From NCBI GenBank assembly GCA_963727895.1, contig CAVSHT010000011.1, forward strand, positions 128,001-192,000: 64,000 nt of DNA, given 5' to 3'. The notes below the pieces were generated by a model. That model was not told the DNA's origin, ran no database searches, and saw only the letters and a program-made list of their open reading frames with translations. Below are positions 56,967 through 64,000 of this stretch, piece by piece (position 1 is the first letter of the stretch; each line of letters starts with the position of its first letter). Source of the DNA: an uncultured Methanosarcinaceae archaeon. Lineage in GTDB: Archaea; Halobacteriota; Methanosarcinia; Methanosarcinales; Methanosarcinaceae. Both the position numbers and the translations under genes were made by a program.

Positions 56967-57536
56967 ATGGGTAGTGCGAAAATTTATATTCTCCCATCTA
57001 GATATTTTATGAGTTTTAAAAGTCTGCTGAACTACACCGTTGGCAGTCAATTGGTAAAAAAATGGAAATCGATAGAGAAAGAAGATATTGTCTCTATAGA
57101 GGACTCTATACTTCCTGATGTTCTCAGAATCCAAGAAGAAGGATTTAAAAATATAAACCCGGAAATAATGGTAAAGTATTCAAAGAATTTCAGAGATATT
57201 TTTTTTGTTATTAAAAGCAAGGGTAAAATCGTGGGTTACTGTATCTACTATCTGAAACCTTCAATTTCCCTCAGAGGCTTTGCGAAACAATCCGTAATAT
57301 CTTCAATTGCAACTGACAGTAATTTCAGAGGCAAGGGGTTTGCTGAAAAATTATTAAGGAACAGTATAGAAGAGATGAAAGTAAACGGGATATCATCCGT
57401 TCTCCTATATGTCAATGTAAATAACCTCCCTGCAATAAAATTATACAAAAAAATAGGCTTTAAAGAAACTAAAGAAGTAGAAAATATATGTGGACAGAAC
57501 GAGAAATGTTATGAGATGAAATTAAGGCTTTTTTGA
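56967..57536 (+). CDS. GNAT N-acetyltransferase (RimI-like)
   Basis: SIATDSNFRGKGFA; NLPAIKLYKKIGF. Confidence 0.85.
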   Translation: MGSAKIYILPSRYFMSFKSLLNYTVGSQLVKKWKSIEKEDIVSIEDSILPDVLRIQEEGFKNINPEIMVKYSKNFRDIFFVIKSKGKIVGYCIYYLKPSISLRGFAKQSVISSIATDSNFRGKGFAEKLLRNSIEEMKVNGISSVLLYVNVNNLPAIKLYKKIGFKETKEVENICGQNEKCYEMKLRLF

Positions 57537-57746
57537 AGTTTTTCCATCTTTACATGACTTATTTTTCTTTTCCACCTTAAATGATTTATTTTTTTTTCTA
57601 CCTTTACATGACTTATATTCTCTTTCACCTTAAATGATCTATTTTTCTTTATTTAGAAACTTTTTTCAGACCATTTTTTGCTTTTCAGGGTAATTTTATG
57701 TGTTAAGATATATTTAAATAAACATGGATTTCACATTTCAATGTGA

Positions 57747-58958
57747 TTGCAATTAATGTCCTTATATTTCTTGGTGGACTCTTACGACTCGTTAAAAGGA
57801 GCAGATCTTTTTGTATTAGCCTCTTCCATGATTGCAAAAAGACTTGGAGTATCTGAATTTGTAATAGGATTGACTCTTGTGTCCATTGGCACCTCAGTAC
57901 CGGAGCTTGCATCTGCTCTGACAGTATCTTTCCAGCAAGAAAGCAAAATAGTTATAGGCAATATACTAGGATCAAACATTGCCAACATAGGACTAATTGC
58001 AAGTACGGCGGCTATTCTTGCAAATATTAATACTGAAAAAGTTATTTTGAGAAGGAACGGCTATATAATGCTCTTCTCCTCATTTCTCCTTTTTCTTTTT
58101 ATGCTTGACTTTAAAATATCAAGAGTAGAAACTTTAGTATTCATTTTGTTATATATAGTCTATCTTTTATTCTTACTCAATAAAGTGAATAAAGATGAGG
58201 AAGAACTTTATTTCAAAGATTTTATTATTTATTTATTAAAATTCGAGTACTTCTTTGATTTAAAATCAAGAATAAATCTCCAAACTGGAAAATATATAAA
58301 ACAAATTCAGGTATACAGAAAAAGAAACGGAAAATATGAAGGTTTAATAAAATATGTCCTGAATAAAGAAGAGATTAACGAAAAGAAAACCGAGGAAGGA
58401 CTTAATACTGAAAAAAAGATATGGAACGAAACAAAAGTCCAACCTGTAGTTGAATATAAACATGAAGATATTGACGTTGACATTCCAGAAAAAATTATTT
58501 TTGAAACTAGCCTTTTAATAGAATTTTTCAAGTTAATTACAAGTGGAATTGCAATAATAATTGGTGCTAAGTATTTTGTTGAACAGGCAGTATTCTTTGC
58601 CTCACTATTACAAGTTCCAGAGACACTTATTGGAGTCAGCCTTGTTGCAATTGGGACTTCAGTTCCTGAACTCATGGTAACTATCTCAGCAGCCAGGAAT
58701 GACTATGCTGCTATAGCTCTTGGTAATGCTATAGGGTCAAATATAACTAATATACTTTTAATACTGGGCTGCTCAGGGCTTGTACATCCCATTACAATAA
58801 CATATCTTGCTATTTATTACATAGCGCCTTTCATGATGATAATAACCACTTTATTTCTCCTATTTCTTCGAACAGGTTGGAGAATAAAAAAAATAGAGGG
58901 ATTTATTTTGCTTTTCTTCTATCTCGGTTTTATGCTATCGCTTCTTCAAATGGAGTAA
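57747..58958 (+). CDS. Calcium/sodium antiporter (YrbG/CaCA family)
   Basis: Two alpha repeats GTSVPEL...GN..GSNI.N. Confidence 0.9.
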   Translation: MQLMSLYFLVDSYDSLKGADLFVLASSMIAKRLGVSEFVIGLTLVSIGTSVPELASALTVSFQQESKIVIGNILGSNIANIGLIASTAAILANINTEKVILRRNGYIMLFSSFLLFLFMLDFKISRVETLVFILLYIVYLLFLLNKVNKDEEELYFKDFIIYLLKFEYFFDLKSRINLQTGKYIKQIQVYRKRNGKYEGLIKYVLNKEEINEKKTEEGLNTEKKIWNETKVQPVVEYKHEDIDVDIPEKIIFETSLLIEFFKLITSGIAIIIGAKYFVEQAVFFASLLQVPETLIGVSLVAIGTSVPELMVTISAARNDYAAIALGNAIGSNITNILLILGCSGLVHPITITYLAIYYIAPFMMIITTLFLLFLRTGWRIKKIEGFILLFFYLGFMLSLLQME

Positions 58959-59219
58959 AGAGACCTCATAAAGATTAATGGAAGTGAAGAGACCTTATAA
59001 AGTCAATGACGATTTTTTAATATATATGCAAAAACCAGAAACTATCGATTTATGTTTCAATCAAAATAAAAAAGGTAAAATCAAAGTTTTGCGCTGGCAC
59101 ACCCCGCTGAAAGCTAGCTAGGGTATTTGACTGAATAAGATATAAAAAGAAGGAATAATTATGTAAGAGAACAAATTATATGTACAAGTGAGAGAGATTA
59201 AGAAGACAGGAGTAAAAAA

Positions 59220-59870
59220 ATGATAAGTGAGATGATAACTGAAAACATCGGGTTTTTCATCTACACATTCACATCTGTCTTTGTCGTTGTCAGCCCTGTC
59301 AGTGCAGTAGTGACTTTTATTTCTCTGACCAGCAAGATGACACATGAAGAAAAAAATCACATTGCAAAGAAATCAGTCACATTAGCATGTTTAATAGCTA
59401 TTTTTTTTGCAATTGCAGGAAACATTATACTTAATCTATTTAGCATTAATGTGGATTCACTTAGAGTTGCAGGAGGGATCCTGCTTTTCAGCATTGCCTT
59501 TGATATGATGCATGCAAAAATCTCAGGAGAAAGTATTACTGAAGAAGAAATATCGCAATCTCAAGAACGTGAAGATATTTGGGTATTTCCTATAGGTTTA
59601 CCTCTTCTTACAGGTCCAGGCGCGATTAGTACGGTAATTGTCCTTATGGGAAGTACAGATCATATTGAACAGAAAATAATAATCCTCGTATCGATAATAC
59701 TGACATTCGTTCTCTGCTTGTACACTTTTCTCTTCTCAAGAAGGATCCATAAATTAATTGGGTACAACGGAATGTTAGTCTTTACAAGGCTGATGGGACT
59801 TTTGTTAGCAGCTCTTGCAGTAGACCTGACTTCAACAGGTATAATAAATATATTCCGTATAACCGGTTAA
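59220..59870 (+). CDS. MarC family membrane protein
   Basis: RVAGGILL, FPIGLPLLTGPGAI, TRLMGLLL. Confidence 0.9.
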   Translation: MISEMITENIGFFIYTFTSVFVVVSPVSAVVTFISLTSKMTHEEKNHIAKKSVTLACLIAIFFAIAGNIILNLFSINVDSLRVAGGILLFSIAFDMMHAKISGESITEEEISQSQEREDIWVFPIGLPLLTGPGAISTVIVLMGSTDHIEQKIIILVSIILTFVLCLYTFLFSRRIHKLIGYNGMLVFTRLMGLLLAALAVDLTSTGIINIFRITG

Positions 59871-60041
59871 AACATTTAATGGGTTCATCACAAAAATTTT
59901 TATTTTTAAAATCAATAAAATCGGTTATATGAACATACCTAACGCAAATTGAAAGGTATTAGACTGAAATAAATGAGAGAAATGTTATTTATTAAAAAAG
60001 TGTATAAATATAATTTAATGGAACTTTAAAAAACCGATATT

Positions 60042-60587
60042 TCACTTTTTCAAGCCACGGAGTATATTCTGTAAAAATCCTTTCTTTTCGAAATACTGCT
60101 GGTGATATTCCTCAGCCATATAAAACTCGGAAACCGGTATAATCTCAGTCACGACCGGATTTTTAAAGGTCCTGGATTTTTCAAGTTTCTCCTTCGAGGC
60201 TAAAGCAGCGGCTTTTTGATCTTCGTAATGGAAAAAGATAACTGAACGATATTGTTTCCCGATATCAGGACCTTGCCTGTTTTTTGTAGTGGGATCATGA
60301 ATATTCCAGAAGACATCAAGTAAGGATTCATAAGATACAAATTTCGGATCAAAAATGACCCTAACTGCCTCTGCATGACCTGTATCATGAGAACAGACCT
60401 GTTCGTAGCTAGGGCTTTTAAAATGCCCACCACTAAAGCCGACTGCAGTTGCAACAACTCCCTCAACGTTCCTAAAAGCTTCTTCAACTCCCCAGAAACA
60501 GCCTGCAGCAAATGTTGCTTTTTCCAGACCCTTCCCAGGATTTTCGAAGAAATCAGGATCCAATTCAGCTGTTTGGCTTTCTTCCAC
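60042..60587 (-). CDS. msrA: Peptide-methionine (S)-S-oxide reductase
   Basis: [31 protein letters not shown]. Confidence 0.97.
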   Translation of the reverse strand: MEESQTAELDPDFFENPGKGLEKATFAAGCFWGVEEAFRNVEGVVATAVGFSGGHFKSPSYEQVCSHDTGHAEAVRVIFDPKFVSYESLLDVFWNIHDPTTKNRQGPDIGKQYRSVIFFHYEDQKAAALASKEKLEKSRTFKNPVVTEIIPVSEFYMAEEYHQQYFEKKGFLQNILRGLKK

Positions 60588-60611
60588 TCATTTCCCCCCA
60601 TATATATTATT

Positions 60612-61351
60612 GGTATTGTTAACTAAACATAGTTAACTCTTTCTTTCTGTATTTCATCAATAGAAGAACCGAGTACTTTAGCATTTCAAGACTCTTCGTA
60701 TAACACTTTGTCTTTCTTCTCAACCTTGCTAAAAAGTGCCTCAATATGCTGTTATATCCCTCAACTGTAAATGTTTCTGCTTTTGATTGAGTATGGATCT
60801 TTTCTGGAATAAACTCTGCATATGCCCTCCAGTGATCGGTCATCACTTCTCCAATCTCTTTTTTCTTCAATTTTTCCCAGAGTAGTTTTCCAGTTTCCGT
60901 TCCTCTGCTGCCAAAAGAGCAGTTGATGAACTTTTTCCCAACTCTATCAACAGCAATCCAGATCCAGCAATATTTTTTTTGTTACCGATGTAAGTGTGCA
61001 TCTCATCCATTTCAACAATAGATATCTCATTTTCACTTTTTAGGTTCTCTAACTCTTGACCAAATTTCTTGATCCATCTTTGGACAGAAACATGACTCAC
61101 CCCTAAAACTCTTCCTATTGAGCGAAAGCCCAATCCTTCAAGGTAAAGTTGTAAAGCCTGTCTTTTTACAAAAGCGGAAAAAGCAGTTGATTTTAGCTCT
61201 ACTGTATAGTTATAGCCACAATCAGAGCATTTGTACCGTTGACAACCACCAACTATACCGTTCTTTTTGTGACTGGAACTATTACATTTTGGGCAGTTCA
61301 TGAAGAAATATACTTTCTAATAGTATATAACTATGTTTAAGTATCAAAGCC
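60612..61351 (-). mobile_element. IS1-family copy with intact InsA/InsB and no matching target duplication
   Basis: Ends GGTATTGTTAAC and TATCAAAGCC; ORFs 60619-60870 and 60867-61301. Confidence 0.92.
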
Positions 61352-62214
61352 AAAAATTTTTGTCATCTATACCTTCTGAAACACATAGATCATAAAACTT
61401 ATTGTATGAAATCCAGTACTCATTTAATATTTCAAGTCTTTCTCGGACTCTATGCCAAGAATCTACCCTCGGTGTTCTCATTAAAGGAAGTTTCCAGGTT
61501 GTTTCACTGATACATTCTTTTAAACGTTGAATTCCTTTTCCATCTTTACTATCGATTTTTAAAGAACCTACAATTTGAGGGAACCTACTTTTTAGTTCTT
61601 TCAGGTTAAGATCATCATTTTCATTCATATTACTCATCACAAGAATTATTGGACTATCTCCTCCAGAAGCTTCAATCGTGTGCAACCAAGTGAATATGTT
61701 GTCAAAATCTTTTGCCTTCCGTGCATTCCATATAAGTAAATATACCGAACGCTCAGTTAGAAAAAACTGGTGAGTAGCGTGGTATATTTCCTGCCCTCCA
61801 AAATCCCAGATATTCAGTTTGATTATACTATTTTTGGAATCTGGCGCAAAAGTAATCCACTCAGAGATCTTAATTCCTTCAGTGATCACATCTCTATAAA
61901 TTTGCCATTAATTAGCCTGTTATAACTAAACATGTTTTTCCAACTTCCCCATTACCAACAAGTATTAACTTAGCCTCATTATTTTCTGCAGTTTTTGTTT
62001 GTCTCAGAAAGATGAAGACCGCTTCCAATCCCATTGAAACAATTTCAGGAGGAGGTGAGGTTAAAGGATTCTCTGACAAATTAAGCGTTGTAAGGGTTTT
62101 AAGTTCTGTAATTTCAGGTGGCAGTTGTGTCAGCTGATTTCCGGATAAATTAAGCGTTGTAAGGTTTCTTTCATAAGCTTTTCTGATAAGCTGCATCACC
62201 CTTTCACTTGTCAT
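61352..62214 (-). pseudogene. Roco (LRR-Roc-COR) protein remnant truncated by IS1
   Basis: LRR LNLSGNQLT, GNGEVGKT, WDFGGQEIYHATHQFFLT. Confidence 0.85.
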
Positions 62215-62563
62215 TGATATAATCTCATTTACATATCAGCTATGAGAAAGTTTCAATTTATTTACTTTCCCTCTACACTTTAACTCTAAAAGCTTTTTCT
62301 TTTTATTCAAATATTTTTATCATTACACAAATTTTTCCAGTCGTTTTGAAAAATGAGTTCTGGTTTTTAGGTCGTGAATTATTAGTTATTTGATGTTATC
62401 TCTAAAACATTTTTAGTGGTGCATAATATCTTTTTTCCAATTTGGTATGGTTAATAGCATGCTTGATACAAGAAACATAAGGCATTTCTAGCACGGGAAA
62501 ATTAATAATGAAAACATCAACTGCATAATAATTGACAACACAAAACTTAAATCAAAGCTTAAA

Positions 62564-63256
62564 TCAAAGATCTATAGATTCTCCAGGTTTCATGATAGTA
62601 ACTTTTGTATTTGTTTTTGATTCAACGGCTCTTTTAAACTCTTCAGGATCCTGGCTGATTACGTCAAAGGTGTTATAATGCATAGGGATTGCGATTTTTG
62701 GTCGGAGAAGTTCTACGGCTTTTATGGCTTCTTTTATCCCCATTGTAAATAGATCTCCTATTGGCAGGAGAGCTACTTCGGGGTTGTAGAGTTCGCCTAT
62801 AAGCTGCATGTCCCCAAAAACTCCGGTGTCTCCGGCGTGGTAAATGGAATGACCATTGATTTGTATAACAAAACCTGCTGGGGAACCGCCGTCAAAACTG
62901 AAACCCGATGCATCAATGGAAGAAGAATGAAGTGCTTCAGTCATGGTCAGTTTTATTCTCTCTATGTTTACTGTACCGCCTTTTCCCATGCCTTCTGCAA
63001 AAACCCCTTTTGATTTGATATAATTTGCAACCTCATGAACAGATATTATCCGGCAGCCGGTACGTTTCCCAATTTCTATTGTATCTCCAAGGTGGTCGCG
63101 GTGTCCGTGAGTTACGGCTATTATGTCAGGGTTCAGTTCATCAGGGTTGCACGGAGCCAGTGGATTCCCTGAAATAAAAGGATCAATTAATAATTTCTTA
63201 TTAGCTTCAAACAAAAAAGCCGAATGCCCAAGCCATGTAATCTTCACGCCAGCCAT
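62564..63256 (-). CDS. UPF0173 metal-dependent hydrolase (metallo-beta-lactamase fold)
   Basis: [20 protein letters not shown]. Confidence 0.9.
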   Translation of the reverse strand: MAGVKITWLGHSAFLFEANKKLLIDPFISGNPLAPCNPDELNPDIIAVTHGHRDHLGDTIEIGKRTGCRIISVHEVANYIKSKGVFAEGMGKGGTVNIERIKLTMTEALHSSSIDASGFSFDGGSPAGFVIQINGHSIYHAGDTGVFGDMQLIGELYNPEVALLPIGDLFTMGIKEAIKAVELLRPKIAIPMHYNTFDVISQDPEEFKRAVESKTNTKVTIMKPGESIDL

Positions 63257-63297
63257 CTTTTTGCCTCATAATCTTGTTTTGTCAAAATTTAATAAAT

Positions 63298-63480
63298 TGT
63301 AGTTTAACAATCGTATTTAGTTATCAGTAATTTAAGTATCAGTAGTTTAGCCATCAGTAATTTAAGTATCAGTAGTTTAGCTATCAGTAGTTTAACAATC
63401 GTATTTAGCGATCAGTAGTTTAACAATCGTATTTAGCTATCAGTAATTTAAGTATCAGTAGTTTAGCTATCAGTAATTTA
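63298..63480. repeat. Composite short tandem repeat
   Basis: Shuffled units TTTAACAATCGTA, TTTAGCTATCAGTA and TTTAAGTATCAGTAG. Confidence 0.85.
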
Positions 63481-63621
63481 ATTTTCGATAATTTCGGATA
63501 ATAATGAATTTCAATAAAAGAAATGAAAAAAATGAAAAATAGACAAAAAAGAAACGAAAAAGATAAAATGAGTTGTACTGAGGATTATGTTAATATGTTT
63601 CTTCTGTCAAACGGACTGAAA

Positions 63622-64000
63622 ATGAAGATAGGTATGGTTATCCACGGACCCGAAGTAATTGACTCGGGAGAAGCAAAAAACGTCCTTGAAAAGCTTTTCT
63701 GTCTTGGCAAAATTGAAGCAAAGCTTGGAGGGACTATGGGAAAAGTAGCTGTTCTGGATGCAGGATTTGAAGACGTTATAGATATAACCAGACATCAGAA
63801 GCCAAGCTCCTGCATTGATTCACTTCTCGAAACCTCATACCTTGTATGCCTCCTGAATAAAGGAAAAACAATTGAAACAGGAAAAGCATTTGGAGAAATA
63901 GTTGCTTCACGGATTTGAGAACCGGAGATAAAACCTCTTATCCAGATCGAAAGTCCTGAAAGTACCAATGGAATCTTGATATCTCTTAATAAAAAGACCA
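63622..64000 (+). CDS. DUF2117-family protein, partial (stop at 63918; homology may continue to the window edge)
   Basis: MKIGMVIHGPEVIDSG...GGTMGKVAVLDA. Confidence 0.7.

Noticed and set aside
57545..57650. ~53-bp T-rich duplication after the GNAT gene
   Set aside because: Probably a duplicated terminator region; unremarkable.
63298..63480. CRISPR-like or functional repeat array
   Set aside because: Simple slippage-type intergenic repeat without spacers.

Overview
AT-rich archaeal chromosome segment; gene content and CRISPR repeats point to Methanosarcina. Host genes lie at both ends: a PAS pseudogene, three Gly/Cys-rich peptide genes, mptE and ileS on the left; a GNAT, Na/Ca antiporter, MarC, msrA, Roco remnant, UPF0173 hydrolase and DUF2117 on the right; plus three IS1-family copies. 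Between ~9.0 and ~54.5-55 kb is an apparent integrated prim-pol element. Its left arm has a tyrosine integrase, RHH regulator, primase-polymerase, NTPase/helicase and an inverted-repeat origin candidate; its right arm has AbrB, a ParB-like gene and palindrome clusters. Its cargo is a large defence island: type I-B cas, one continuous CRISPR array that switches repeat type, a CRISPR-linked reverse transcriptase, and a type III-D module with Card1/Can2-like and Cam1-like effectors and a decayed Csx3 ring nuclease. The most novel-looking signal is the ParB-like gene and its partial copies. The gene and four of its five partial copies each carry a different perfect DNA palindrome (10-12 bp arms, TTT centre) at the same coding position, just before a variable HTH, suggesting matched site+reader specificity cassettes. 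Also notable is a ~340-nt run of back-to-back hairpins near the right end. Many single-base frameshifts, including in the essential ileS, suggest assembly indel errors, so split genes should not be assumed dead.
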